From a virus, in IMG/VR virus record IMGVR_UViG_3300020203_000404, positions 87,811 to 151,810 of that record: a DNA stretch of 64,000 nt, one strand, 5' to 3'. The position numbers and the translations under genes were made by a program. The notes under the pieces are model-generated. The model had not been told where the DNA came from, searched no databases, and saw only the letters and a program-made list of their open reading frames with translations. Position 1 is the stretch's first letter; each line of letters starts with the position of its first letter. This document shows positions 1 through 10,287 of this stretch, one piece after another.

Positions 1-1134
1 GACAAATTAAATAATCTCGCCCATAATTTACATTTGTGTGCATCAGACGTTGACCATAGTGAATTACATAAACAATTAGAGTCCGTAGCTATGCAGGCTG
101 TAAAAAGCGGTTTTATTTTCTTTGATCGCTCGTCTGGACAATATAGATTACGATCTGATTTGATGCCACGCTCATTAGGTTTTGAAGATATAGCAATTCA
201 ACAGTCATTTAATCAATGTCAATCTAGACTTGATGTAGATACAAAAAGCGAGATTTGTCGTGGCGTTTGGCTTAATGTGCCTTTGGTCGCCTCAAACATG
301 TCTACTGTTGTTAATGCTGATTTTTGTATTTTACTTAGTAAATATGGTGCTATGGGCATTATGCATCGTGCCGCACCCGATGATATACTTATACAATCTG
401 CAAAATCCATGGCTAGTTACTTAGAGCATATTGCCGTTTCGGTTGGCGTCGGAGACGTTCAAGTGCAATTGGCAAAAAAATTAATTCGTGCAGGTGCAAC
501 TATAGTAGTTATTGATATTGCACATGGTTTTAGTTCTGGCGTGCTAGACACCGCCAAGGCCATCAAAGTATTTAGTCCAACAACAAAAATTATTGTTGGC
601 AATTTTGTTTGTCCAGAAGCTATACCATATTTTAATGATTATGTTGATGGTATAAAATTAGGTATTGCACAAGGCTTGGCATGTGAAACAAAAAATACTG
701 CTGGCTGTACAGAGAAACAATTTTCTGCTATTGCTAAAATGACCGCTATATGTCGTGATTTTGGCATGCCAATGATCAGTGATGGTGGTATTCGAGAACC
801 CGCTGATTACACTAAGGCAATTGCTGCTGGTGCGAACGCTGTGATGGCCGGGTCTATTTTTGCTCGTTGTCCAGAATCAGCAGCAGAAATTGTGCATGTT
901 GATGGTGTGGCTAAAAAAGTATATGCCGGTATGGCCAGTCGTTACGTACAGGACAAATGGCGTGGTATGAAAGCCGGTACATGTCCCGAGGGCAGTGTTC
1001 GATATCTTGATATTGGAGAGTCAGTTGAAAAATTAATTGAACGATATCAGGGAGCATTACGAAGTGGCGTTACATATGCTGGCGGAAAAGACATTCAGTC
1101 GTTTCAGGCCAATGTGAAATTTATTCGTGTATAA
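1..1134 (+). CDS. guaB: IMP dehydrogenase/GMP reductase family protein (no CBS domain; frame open from window start)
   Basis: PLVASNMSTV, DIAHG, catalytic Cys loop GIAQGLACET, ISDGGI, YAGMAS, PEG, LRSGVTYAG; no in-frame stop between base 1 and 34. Confidence 0.85.
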   Translation, partial: DKLNNLAHNLHLCASDVDHSELHKQLESVAMQAVKSGFIFFDRSSGQYRLRSDLMPRSLGFEDIAIQQSFNQCQSRLDVDTKSEICRGVWLNVPLVASNMSTVVNADFCILLSKYGAMGIMHRAAPDDILIQSAKSMASYLEHIAVSVGVGDVQVQLAKKLIRAGATIVVIDIAHGFSSGVLDTAKAIKVFSPTTKIIVGNFVCPEAIPYFNDYVDGIKLGIAQGLACETKNTAGCTEKQFSAIAKMTAICRDFGMPMISDGGIREPADYTKAIAAGANAVMAGSIFARCPESAAEIVHVDGVAKKVYAGMASRYVQDKWRGMKAGTCPEGSVRYLDIGESVEKLIERYQGALRSGVTYAGGKDIQSFQANVKFIRV

Positions 1135-1150
1135 ATAAAGGAGGCTATAA

Positions 1151-1480
1151 ATGTCAATAACTTTAACAGAGAGTGCTATTAAAGAATTAGATCGTATTAT
1201 GTTAGAACAGAATCTTTCAAAAAATACATGCCTTCGTTTAGGAGTGCGAGGAGGCGGCTGTTCGGGCTTTAGCTATATTTTAGAATTCGATGACACTGTG
1301 AATGAAGTAGATCAAGTTAATGAACATGGCGGCATTACAGTTGTTTGTGATCCAAAGAGTTTTTTGTATCTTAGTGGTATGAGTGTTGACTTTGAGAACA
1401 CTTTAATGAATCGTGGTTTTAAGTTCATCAATCCTAACGCAGTTAAAAGCTGTGGATGCGGCGAGTCGTTTTCGGCATGA
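1151..1480 (+). CDS. iscA: HesB/IscA Fe-S cluster assembly A-type carrier
   Basis: GGGCSGFSY and C-terminal NPNAVKSCGCGESF; GAGG RBS. Confidence 0.95.
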   Translation: MSITLTESAIKELDRIMLEQNLSKNTCLRLGVRGGGCSGFSYILEFDDTVNEVDQVNEHGGITVVCDPKSFLYLSGMSVDFENTLMNRGFKFINPNAVKSCGCGESFSA

Positions 1481-2349
1481 CAATGCGTATTCTAGTTTCA
1501 TACAGAGGAATTCCTCAGTCTCGTGGCTGGGCGACTGGGGATTGCGTCGTTCGTGCTTTTCAAGAACTTGGGCACGAAGCTGTTCCATATGGTAACTACT
1601 ATCAGACACAAGAGAGACTAGAGGGCTCACGGAAGGTCTTAGAAGAAGACTGGGACTTATTCTTATTTCTTGAATGCGGCGATGGCGATCCCGTCTATAC
1701 AGAGCTAATGAATGTACGGTCACGCAAGCGAGCTAGCTGGTTTTTTGATGCCGCACTCTATCCTGATCGTTGGCGAGCAATCAATAACATGTTTGGCTTT
1801 GATGTTAACTTTATGGCAAACGCCAATATGATCTACGATGGAATGTACTTGCCATACGCCGCCGATGAGAAGTTGCATTTTAGATCTTATCAAGAAAAGG
1901 TTCGTGACTTTCTAATCATAGGTTCTGATAGACCAGAACGTCGCCACCTTTACAATCTAATTAGACAATATTGTCCGGCAGCAAGAACAGATTTTTTGCA
2001 TGGCGTGTTTAGAGAGCAGTACATTGATGAGATAGCTAGATCTCATTATGTTGTAAATGATGTTGCTGGTGGAGGGGGTGGTTTATTACCCATGAGATGC
2101 ACCGAAACCATGGCGGCGTGTAGTGTGCTCCTCAGTGTACAAGATTCGGCCCTGCATACCATTGGCAATGATCTTGAGCACTTCATTTCATTTCAAGACG
2201 AAAACCATCTCGTTGGCAATATTCCAAAAATGTTTTCTGTGGGAGAAAGTCTTTCCAAGAGAATTGCCACTCAGGGCCAAGAGCATTGCTTGAAGAACCA
2301 TACCTACAGGAATAGATGTTCGGCCATTTTGACTAGGATGTTCCCGTAA
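1477..2349 (+). CDS. Glycosyltransferase (CgeB/GT1-like)
   Basis: YLPYAAD, LPMRCTETMA and HTYRNR, typical of the Glyco_trans_1_2 C-terminus. Confidence 0.75.
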   Translation: MTMRILVSYRGIPQSRGWATGDCVVRAFQELGHEAVPYGNYYQTQERLEGSRKVLEEDWDLFLFLECGDGDPVYTELMNVRSRKRASWFFDAALYPDRWRAINNMFGFDVNFMANANMIYDGMYLPYAADEKLHFRSYQEKVRDFLIIGSDRPERRHLYNLIRQYCPAARTDFLHGVFREQYIDEIARSHYVVNDVAGGGGGLLPMRCTETMAACSVLLSVQDSALHTIGNDLEHFISFQDENHLVGNIPKMFSVGESLSKRIATQGQEHCLKNHTYRNRCSAILTRMFP

Positions 2350-2438
2350 TTATTCCAGATAGTGCTGGACAAGATGTTGTTTCAAGTAATCATATGTATG
2401 GGCACCGTTGTTCGACGATCTTAAAAAGTTGTTTCCAC

Positions 2439-3113
2439 ATGAAAGAGTCTGACAAGATTAGTATTTTGGTTTGCTGTCACAGCAACGATCATGAGCACGA
2501 CATGCTTTTGCAAGCTGCTCTTGAGTCTTTAACTCGACAGACGTATCAAAATTTTGAAACTGTTTTAGTGCTTGATGAGTGTCGTGAAGGCACGAAATGG
2601 ATAGCTGAGCCCTATAGGGATATTTTAAGTCTTAAGATTCATGAGCGTTCCCATAAGCAAGGCTTGGCAATGGCTAAGAACTTTGGTCTAGCTCGCTGTA
2701 CGGGTCAATGGGTTGCCTACCTTGATGCTGACGACCAGTGGATGGATTGTAAGCTTGAACTGCAACGCAACTTCCTTTTAGAGAACGAGAATACGGATTT
2801 TGTATTTTGTGAAGTATGGGATAATTATGCTGGTACGCTAACTCCTAACTGTTTCAAGATTGGGCAATACGAAACCCACGCGGCAATTGCTGCTGCGATG
2901 CCGCGTGAGAATGTTGTATGTCACGGCTCAGCGTTAATTCGTAAGTTAGCTATTGATTCTCTGGGTGGTTACAGTACCGACCGTTTACTATTGGGTCGCG
3001 AAGACTGGGATTTGTGGCAAAGAGCTATCGCTAATGGATTTCATTTCTATAAAATACCAGAAAGATTGTATATTTATGGCATGGGAACTAGCGTTGTTCG
3101 TGGCGAAGTATAA
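2439..3113 (+). CDS. GT2 family glycosyltransferase
   Basis: ALESLTRQTY, AYLDADD, EDWDLW. Confidence 0.9.
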   Translation: MKESDKISILVCCHSNDHEHDMLLQAALESLTRQTYQNFETVLVLDECREGTKWIAEPYRDILSLKIHERSHKQGLAMAKNFGLARCTGQWVAYLDADDQWMDCKLELQRNFLLENENTDFVFCEVWDNYAGTLTPNCFKIGQYETHAAIAAAMPRENVVCHGSALIRKLAIDSLGGYSTDRLLLGREDWDLWQRAIANGFHFYKIPERLYIYGMGTSVVRGEV

Positions 3114-4075
3114 TGAAATTACTTTATTGTGGACTAAGATTCAACTATGGCAAATCACTAGAGGGCGATAGCTACGAATATTGGAATTTTGAAGCTGGAT
3201 TGAAGGAATTTTGCTTATCTCATAAAATAGAACTTCAAATTTATTATCCAGACTATTCTAATATTGCTGTTGACGAACTATGCACTACGGCATTTGATGC
3301 CATTATTCACTTTGCCTTTAATGAATCATTAGATTTGCCAGAGTGTATTGCTAAATTGGCATTAAAGCGTGATGTTCCCGTTATTCAATTTGATGCAGAT
3401 TCAAGCTGGCGTTTCCAGAACTGGATCTTCCCGCGTCGTGACCGCGTGAGTCACTTTGTCACTACTCATTCTGCCACTATTCCTTGGTATGAAAAGAATG
3501 GCTTGAAAGTTATTAAGTCACAGTGGGCTGGTTCCCCGGCGTATAAGGCGAATCCGTGGGCGTATATGTACGACGCTACGTTTGTTGGCCAGAAGCATGG
3601 TCAGATGCCGAATGGCAAATTTCTACGCTCAGAGATCGTGGATGCCATTATGAACGCTGGTATCCGCGTTGACATCTTTGGTAATTACTGGGATGGTTAT
3701 GCCAACTGGCATGGCTACGCGAAGGACTTTGAAGAAGTGATTCGCGTATTCAATCAGTCGCGTGTCAATTTGAATCTGTCGAATCCATGGCATCATGGAA
3801 CGATGCCACAGATTAAGGGCAGGCACTTCGAAATTCCTCAGTGTCAAGGGTTTCAGATTAGTACGCCAGCAGACGATCTTGAATCTTACTTTGTACCAGA
3901 CAAGGAAATAGTCATTGCCAAAAACGTTCAAGAGTTGATTGAGAAGACACAATACTATCTTGCCAATCCAGAGGAGCGAGAGGTAATTGCTCAAGCGGGT
4001 CGTGACCGTATGCTTCGTGACCATCAATGGTACCATCGTTTCGAGTACATCTTTAAGGAAGTGGGATTGCTATGA
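3113..4075 (+). CDS. CgeB-like glycosyltransferase
   Basis: SRVNLNL, KGRHFEIPQCQGFQIS, EREVIAQAGRDR..HQW. Confidence 0.85.
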   Translation: MKLLYCGLRFNYGKSLEGDSYEYWNFEAGLKEFCLSHKIELQIYYPDYSNIAVDELCTTAFDAIIHFAFNESLDLPECIAKLALKRDVPVIQFDADSSWRFQNWIFPRRDRVSHFVTTHSATIPWYEKNGLKVIKSQWAGSPAYKANPWAYMYDATFVGQKHGQMPNGKFLRSEIVDAIMNAGIRVDIFGNYWDGYANWHGYAKDFEEVIRVFNQSRVNLNLSNPWHHGTMPQIKGRHFEIPQCQGFQISTPADDLESYFVPDKEIVIAKNVQELIEKTQYYLANPEEREVIAQAGRDRMLRDHQWYHRFEYIFKEVGLL

Positions 4076-4605
4076 GATTGAATCTAGCATCACACGGCGA
4101 CAACCGCGAAGGCTACGTCAACATTGATTACGATCATCCCTCGGCAGACCTCAAGGCCGATGTTTCGGCACTGCCGTACGAGGAAGATTCGGTAGATCAG
4201 ATCCTGGCTTACCACATTCTCGAACACTTTCGAGCCGGTGAGTACGAGCCACAACTATCGAATCCGCTCAATCCCAAGACAGCAATGGCTGCTCTTGCTG
4301 AGTGGCGTCGAGTCCTGAAACCGGGCGGCACACTAGAGATCAAGGTGCCGGACTTCGAGAAGATCGTTTGGCTTTACTTCAACTTCCCTCAATGGGCCAG
4401 AGCAGAATCCAGCGTCAACGCTCCATTTGGTAGCTACTCGGATTGGGTTGTATCTAACGGGCAGCACCAGTGCTTGTTTGACAAGCGGGCTATGCAGCGA
4501 CTACTAACCGTATGTGGCTTCACGAACATCACGTTCGTTGACTCGCCAGCGGTTGCCGTAATTGACAGAGCGAATTTAGAGATGTATGTAATCTGCTCTA
4601 AGTGA
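4072..4605 (+). CDS. Class I SAM-dependent methyltransferase
   Basis: RLNLAS, HILEHF, RVLKPGG..VPD. Confidence 0.85.
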   Translation: MRLNLASHGDNREGYVNIDYDHPSADLKADVSALPYEEDSVDQILAYHILEHFRAGEYEPQLSNPLNPKTAMAALAEWRRVLKPGGTLEIKVPDFEKIVWLYFNFPQWARAESSVNAPFGSYSDWVVSNGQHQCLFDKRAMQRLLTVCGFTNITFVDSPAVAVIDRANLEMYVICSK

Positions 4606-4973
4606 TGGTACGCACATACAAAACACTTGAGTTTGGTAGAGCTTCTGGCAATGAAGTATGGCGGTCATACATCGCTCGTGCCGCATCTAAGGGACTGGCT
4701 TGGGAATTGACACGCTGTGAATTTGATGCACTGATATCTCGATCATGTGTCTATTGCAGTAGACCTCCCGGCAACATCAAAAACAACGGCAGAAACTATG
4801 GCCATTTGTTTTACAATGGCATTGATAGAGTTGACAATCGTCTCGGATACATCAAGAGTAATGTAGTCTCGTGCTGTGCCATCTGTAACAGAGCTAAAGG
4901 CACGCTCACCACACAAGAATTCGATCTATGGATTCATGATCTCATGCGAGTACAACATGGACTACCAAACTAG
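4602..4973 (+). CDS. HNH-type (homing) endonuclease
   Basis: CVYC...GIDRVDN..GY...NVVSCCAICNRAK. Confidence 0.8.
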   Translation: MMVRTYKTLEFGRASGNEVWRSYIARAASKGLAWELTRCEFDALISRSCVYCSRPPGNIKNNGRNYGHLFYNGIDRVDNRLGYIKSNVVSCCAICNRAKGTLTTQEFDLWIHDLMRVQHGLPN

Positions 4974-5592
4974 ACGCGACAATCACGACTTCATGACCGA
5001 AGAGCACATCTCGGTGTTCCTACGTAATCACAACACGGGCACGAACAATCGTGGTCGTCATCGCTTGGCGTCCCTACTTTTTGAATACCAACAACCGACT
5101 GTGTTAGACGTTGCCTGTGGTTCTTGTGTCAACTGGGAAGTGTTTAAGGGACGCGGACTCGACTGCCAGTACACTGGCTTGGATCGCACTAAGAAGATGC
5201 TGGCTCACGCTCAAGCACTCTACGGCGACGAAATTAAACTACAAGAAGGCTTCATCCAGAGTCTTCCATTTCAAGATAGTGCGTTTGATATAGTAATCGC
5301 CAGACACATAATTGAGCACCTTGGCGAAGGCTATGAACAGGCGATTAAGGAAGTCTATCGTGTTGCTTCCAAAGAGGCAATCATCGTTCTGTTCGTCGAT
5401 CTAGCCAATGGGCCAGACGACGAAATCAAGGAGTCGGATCCCGACGAGAACGGCTGCACTTACTTCTGGAACACCTACGCTCACGATAAGTTCATGACTT
5501 TTCTTGGCACATTGGGATGTCAAGTCAAGGTGGAGTATGTGCGTACGCCCGGTGCTGCTGCTAATGATACGATCATTCGACTTATCAAATAA
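4957..5592 (+). CDS. Class I SAM-dependent methyltransferase
   Basis: VLDVACGS, GLD, LPFQDSAFDIV..RHIIEHL. Confidence 0.9.
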   Translation: MDYQTRRDNHDFMTEEHISVFLRNHNTGTNNRGRHRLASLLFEYQQPTVLDVACGSCVNWEVFKGRGLDCQYTGLDRTKKMLAHAQALYGDEIKLQEGFIQSLPFQDSAFDIVIARHIIEHLGEGYEQAIKEVYRVASKEAIIVLFVDLANGPDDEIKESDPDENGCTYFWNTYAHDKFMTFLGTLGCQVKVEYVRTPGAAANDTIIRLIK

Positions 5593-6137
5593 TGCACAAA
5601 CGAATTCAAAACCTTGACGGCAAGAAGTTTGGTAGCTTGACGGCTACTAACATAACTCGTAAACGTCGTAATAGAAAATTGCAGCGTCTATGTCATTGTG
5701 ATTGTGGGCAAGATTCTTGGGTCGAGACAAATGCCTTGATAAGCGGCGGCACCAAAAGTTGTGGCTGTAAGCAAGGCGGTGGTAGAAAATTGTCTTTTGG
5801 TACCGCCTCAAGAAATGAAGTCTTAAGAAATTACAAAAGCAGTGCTAAGAAACGTGCTCTTGTTTGGAAAATTACCGACAAAGAGTTTGACGAGCTAACA
5901 AGTGGCATATGTCATTATTGTGGCTCGCCACCCTCTAGAGTCAAACATACTGGAAGAAATTATGGTGACTTTGTTTATAATGGTATTGATAGTGCTATAG
6001 GATATACTGTCAAAAATGTTGTCCCTTGTTGTACGCTATGCAATAGAGCTAAAAACACCATGAACTATATTGATTTTATTCATTGGATTGATAATATCAG
6101 GACGCACAATCGTTTGGAGGTTGTATATGTTTCATGA
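5592..6137 (+). CDS. HNH-type homing endonuclease (GIDR motif region shortened, possibly inactive)
   Basis: GKKFGSLT..CHCDCG..SCGC N-terminal domain; CHYC..NGID..NVVPCCTLCNRAK. Confidence 0.75.
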   Translation: MHKRIQNLDGKKFGSLTATNITRKRRNRKLQRLCHCDCGQDSWVETNALISGGTKSCGCKQGGGRKLSFGTASRNEVLRNYKSSAKKRALVWKITDKEFDELTSGICHYCGSPPSRVKHTGRNYGDFVYNGIDSAIGYTVKNVVPCCTLCNRAKNTMNYIDFIHWIDNIRTHNRLEVVYVS

Positions 6138-6975
6138 TGTGACGTACGGGGTTTTGCATTACAATCCCAGCCTAGATGCAGGTGCGACTCGTGCGTATAT
6201 TAATGCTGTTGATTCTTTAGCACAAAATAGAAGCTCTAGTTTGCGTAGTGAAATTTTTCTTATTGATCAAAATAGTGATCAAGAGTTAACGAATACACTT
6301 GCTAAAAAATATGGCTTTAGTTCATTATGTTTAAACAAAAACATTGGCATTAGTCGTGGTATCAACCTGTTAGCCAATATGGCTCGCGGCAAGTATGTGT
6401 CATTAGTCACATCAGATGTGATCTTCCCACAAGGACTTGATGAAAGACTTATGTCTGTGCTTGATGCCGACCCCAAGATCTATCAGATCTGCCCAGTGTC
6501 CGACAACTCGTCTCTGGATCACCAGCGTTCGCCTTGTGCTATTGAAGATGGCGTCCTTATTCCCAACCTAGTTCAAGAGTTGACCATTCAGTATTGGCCA
6601 CGTACCGTTTTCGACAAGATTGGATACTTTGACGAACGCTGGAAGGCGTGCTACGAGAACATGGACTTTGCTCTCCGTGCCTTCTTGGAGGGCGGATCTG
6701 TCGTAGTCGATCAACGTGCGTTCTGCCACCATGAGCACAACACCACTATGAAGAGTGGTGCGATTCACCATGCATACGACGGCTATCTACCTATGCCCAA
6801 TGGTCTTGATCATCAGCCGCTCTTGCAGATGTGGCGTGACAAGTGGCCCAACCTTGAAAGATACATGAATCACTATGACACATTCACTAAGGATATGGGC
6901 CAAACGCGGGCGGCAATGTTTTTTGCGTATAGCAAGAACGTGTATCTGCCGTATGTACAAGAAGTCCCTTATTAA
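6127..6975 (+). CDS. GT2 family glycosyltransferase
   Basis: NIGISRGIN, IGYFDER..YENMDFALR. Confidence 0.8.
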   Translation: MFHDVTYGVLHYNPSLDAGATRAYINAVDSLAQNRSSSLRSEIFLIDQNSDQELTNTLAKKYGFSSLCLNKNIGISRGINLLANMARGKYVSLVTSDVIFPQGLDERLMSVLDADPKIYQICPVSDNSSLDHQRSPCAIEDGVLIPNLVQELTIQYWPRTVFDKIGYFDERWKACYENMDFALRAFLEGGSVVVDQRAFCHHEHNTTMKSGAIHHAYDGYLPMPNGLDHQPLLQMWRDKWPNLERYMNHYDTFTKDMGQTRAAMFFAYSKNVYLPYVQEVPY

Positions 6976-6976
6976 C

Positions 6977-7558
6977 ATGAAACGCTACGATATCATTCGT
7001 CATCTGATTGAGGCACGCGACTACAAGTCGTATCTTGAAATTGGTGTACTGGAACAAGAAACATTCAACAGCTTGCCGCCATTAGATGTTAAACATAGTG
7101 TTGATCCTAATGGGCAAGCTGTGTTTAATACTACCTCCGACGACTTTTTCAAGAATCATTGTCATCAATATTATGATTTAATCTTTATTGACGGCTTACA
7201 TCTTGAAGAGCAAGTGCAAAGAGATATGGAAAATTCATTGACATACCTAAACGAAGGTGGCATAATTATAGTACATGACTGCTTGCCTTCGGCAGAGTAT
7301 GAGCAACTGCGAGAAGGTGTTAGTGGCAAACCATGGACTGGGGACGTGTGGAAGGCATTTGCAAAGCTGCGAGCGGATCGTAGGGACTTAATTATGCGTG
7401 TTGTGGACACTGATTATGGATGTGGGTTGATTGAGCGTGGTGTCGATCCGGTCGAGTATCACTCAATTGATGGCGATTACACCTGGGACTTCTTCTGTAA
7501 GAATCGTAACGAAATCATGGGTGTTATTACACCGGAGCAGTTCATTGGACGTTCATAA
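6977..7558 (+). CDS. Methyltransferase (Methyltransf_24-like)
   Basis: YLEIGV, DLIFIDGLH, GGIIIVHD, WTGDVWK. Confidence 0.85.
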   Translation: MKRYDIIRHLIEARDYKSYLEIGVLEQETFNSLPPLDVKHSVDPNGQAVFNTTSDDFFKNHCHQYYDLIFIDGLHLEEQVQRDMENSLTYLNEGGIIIVHDCLPSAEYEQLREGVSGKPWTGDVWKAFAKLRADRRDLIMRVVDTDYGCGLIERGVDPVEYHSIDGDYTWDFFCKNRNEIMGVITPEQFIGRS

Positions 7559-8072
7559 TCGAGATTGGGTTGTAGCCCGTAACAATCTTTTGAATGGTAA
7601 GCTACTTGAGATTGGTAGTTTTGTTGTGCCCGGCCAAGAACAGATTGCCTTGCGACCAGTAGTCGAAAAGTTTGTCAATAGCTATCTCGGCATTGACATG
7701 CGTGAAGGCCCTGGCGTTGATCTCGTAACTAGCGAAGACAACGCCTTTCCTTTTGAAGATAACACATTTGATGTCGTTGTATCGTTAGACACCCTTGAAC
7801 ACGTTCGCAACCCTTGGACGTTCATTGAAAACGCAGCGAGAGTCCTAAAGCCCGGTGGTCACTTCTTTTTGGCTACCGTGTTTTCATTTCCTATTCATGG
7901 TTACCCGGATGACTACTGGCGTTTCACCCCCAATTGCTTGAAGATGCTCATCGAGACCTATGGTCTCGAAGTGGCAGGTGATTTGACGCCATCTGAATGC
8001 TGTACTAAAAACCCTGCACATCACTTGGCGAACCCGACAATCGTTCGTCTAATTGCTAGAAAGCCACTATGA
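7545..8072 (+). CDS. Class I SAM-dependent methyltransferase
   Basis: LLEIGS, GPGVD, LEHV, HGYPDDYWRFT; TTG start after GGAG inferred. Confidence 0.85.
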   Translation: MDVHNRDWVVARNNLLNGKLLEIGSFVVPGQEQIALRPVVEKFVNSYLGIDMREGPGVDLVTSEDNAFPFEDNTFDVVVSLDTLEHVRNPWTFIENAARVLKPGGHFFLATVFSFPIHGYPDDYWRFTPNCLKMLIETYGLEVAGDLTPSECCTKNPAHHLANPTIVRLIARKPL

Positions 8073-9025
8073 ACGCCAAGACATTAGTTACTGGTTCGTC
8101 TGGATTTTTAGGTCAACATGTCGTTCCACTCTTACGTGCCGACGGTCATGAAGTGATGACCCCATCAAGTAACTCTTTGAACTTACTTGACCAAGACGCT
8201 AAGGCAATTGCGAGTTATCTTGTTATCCACGAGGTAAGTACGGTTGTTCATCTTGCTGCAATTTGTGGTGGCATCGGCATCAATAAAGACAATCCAGGTA
8301 AGTTCATGTATGGGAACTTGCAGATGGGTCTTAACGTTATCGAGGCGTGTCGCCTCGCTAACGTAAAGAAGCTTGTGAATTTGAGTACCGTCTGCTCGTA
8401 TCCCAAGAACACGCCGGTACCATTTCAAGAGAGTGATCTATGGATCGGCTATCCCGAAGAGACCAATGCTCCATATGGCATTGCCAAGAAAACGATTGTG
8501 GAGCTTGGTATTGCATACCATAAGCAGTATGGTTTAAACGTCACTAATCTAGTGCCGGTTAATATGGCCGGTGAGCACGATCATTTCGATCCTTATTCCT
8601 CTCATGTTGTGCCAGCTTTGATTCGCAAGTTTGAAGAAGCTGATCAACAAAGAGAGTATGTAGATATCTACTCAGTTAGTGCCCCACTTGTGACCTTATG
8701 GGGCACAGGATCTGCTTCTCGCGAGTTTTTGTATGCCGGTGATTGTGCCAAAGCGATTGCAATTGCCGTTCAAAAGAATACGGGGCCAGATCCCATCAAT
8801 CTTGGCACTGGTCAAGAAATTACCATCAAGCAGTTAGCCGAGTTGGTAAAGCAAATTGGTGGTTATGTTTCCAATGTCAAATGGGATCATACTAAGCCAG
8901 ATGGTCAACCACGCAGATCACTAGATGTTTCAAGAGCCAAGAACGTGCTTCACTGGGAAGCTACAACTCCTATTTCCGAAACGGTCCGCAAGACCATTGA
9001 CTGGTACAGAGAGAACAATGGGTAG
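8069..9025 (+). CDS. fcl: GDP-L-fucose synthase
   Basis: GSSGFLG, HLAAICGGI, CSYP, YGIAK, SHVVPALIRK, WGTGSASREF, KPDGQPRR. Confidence 0.93.
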   Translation: MNAKTLVTGSSGFLGQHVVPLLRADGHEVMTPSSNSLNLLDQDAKAIASYLVIHEVSTVVHLAAICGGIGINKDNPGKFMYGNLQMGLNVIEACRLANVKKLVNLSTVCSYPKNTPVPFQESDLWIGYPEETNAPYGIAKKTIVELGIAYHKQYGLNVTNLVPVNMAGEHDHFDPYSSHVVPALIRKFEEADQQREYVDIYSVSAPLVTLWGTGSASREFLYAGDCAKAIAIAVQKNTGPDPINLGTGQEITIKQLAELVKQIGGYVSNVKWDHTKPDGQPRRSLDVSRAKNVLHWEATTPISETVRKTIDWYRENNG

Positions 9026-9263
9026 AACACTAATAGACGTTGACGGTCAAAGATTTGGTAGACTTGTCGCAAGTAACAAAGTCAAGAAAATTGGACGTGC
9101 TATGTGTCGTCTATGTTACTGTGATTGTGGCAAAAAGACTTGGCAAGCTACAAAAGGATATACCAAGAAGAACTGTGTATCTTGTTGTAAAATCTGTAAT
9201 AGAGCTAAAAGCGGCATGGGGTTTGACGATTTTATGAGTTGGATTCGGAGATTACAAGCATGA
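9018..9263 (+). pseudogene. Internally deleted HNH homing endonuclease
   Basis: N-terminal CYCDCG joined almost directly to GYTKKNCVSCCKICNRAK; the central part present in paralogs is missing. Confidence 0.7.
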
Positions 9264-10279
9264 ACAAGACTGCTATAATTAGTGGTGTTGGCGGTCAAGA
9301 CGGAATGTACTTGTCGCATTATCTCTTGTCCTTGGGTTATCGAGTTGTAGGTATTCGTCGTCGCACATCGACCCCAAACTTAGTTCGATTACGTACTTTA
9401 ATAGGGTCGCCAAACTTTCATATTGTTGATGGTGACATTACTGACATTTCAAGCCTCCAGGACATCGTGCGTCAATTCCAACCGCACGAGTTCTATCACT
9501 TGGCCGCACAGAGCCATGTTGCGATGTCCTGGAAGTATCCTATCGCCACCTGCGAAATGACCGGCCTCGGTGTTTTGAATTGCCTTGAGGCTTTGAAGCA
9601 AGTGAAGCCAGACTGTCGTTTCTACTTTGCTGGTTCAAGCGAACAGTTCGGCAACCCAATTCACAATGGTAAGGTTGTGAGCTTGGACGAGAACACTCCT
9701 ATGGAGCCTGAGTCGCCATACGCGGCTGCCAAAGTCTTCGGCTACAATATTGCTCATGTGTATCGCCGTTCGTTTGGTATGTACACCGCCTGTGGCATTC
9801 TCTTCAATCACGAGTCTCCGCTTCGTGGAGAGGAGTTCGTCACACGAAAGATCACAAGCAACCTTGCTCGCGTCAAATGGGGCTTGCAGGATTGTGTAGA
9901 ACTCGGCAACATGGACGCTCAACGTGACTGGGGCTTCGCTGGCGATTACGTCAAGGCGATGCACGGCATGTTGCAGCTAGACACCCCAGACGATTTCGTA
10001 ATTGCAACAGGCAGCACGCACTCTGTGCGTAAGTTCTTTGACGCCTGCTGTAACTGGTTTGAACTCGATCCTGAAAAGGTTTATCGAATCAATCCTGCAT
10101 TCAAACGCCCCAAGGATGTTGAAGTATTGTTGGGCGATTCTTCCAAGGCCCGAAAGAAGTTGAACTGGTATCCTGAGTGCGACTTCGATCAGCTAGTAGA
10201 CAAGATGTGTCGTTACGACTACCATCTACAGTCGCCTGAACCCAACTTGTTCAGACGTGCTGACGAATTCCTTTTCTAG
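9260..10279 (+). CDS. gmd: GDP-mannose 4,6-dehydratase
   Basis: GVGGQDG, LAAQSHV, SPYAAAK, LFNHESPLRG..FVTRKIT, RDWGFAGDYV. Confidence 0.96.
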   Translation: MNKTAIISGVGGQDGMYLSHYLLSLGYRVVGIRRRTSTPNLVRLRTLIGSPNFHIVDGDITDISSLQDIVRQFQPHEFYHLAAQSHVAMSWKYPIATCEMTGLGVLNCLEALKQVKPDCRFYFAGSSEQFGNPIHNGKVVSLDENTPMEPESPYAAAKVFGYNIAHVYRRSFGMYTACGILFNHESPLRGEEFVTRKITSNLARVKWGLQDCVELGNMDAQRDWGFAGDYVKAMHGMLQLDTPDDFVIATGSTHSVRKFFDACCNWFELDPEKVYRINPAFKRPKDVEVLLGDSSKARKKLNWYPECDFDQLVDKMCRYDYHLQSPEPNLFRRADEFLF

Positions 10280-10287
10280 GAGTAAAT

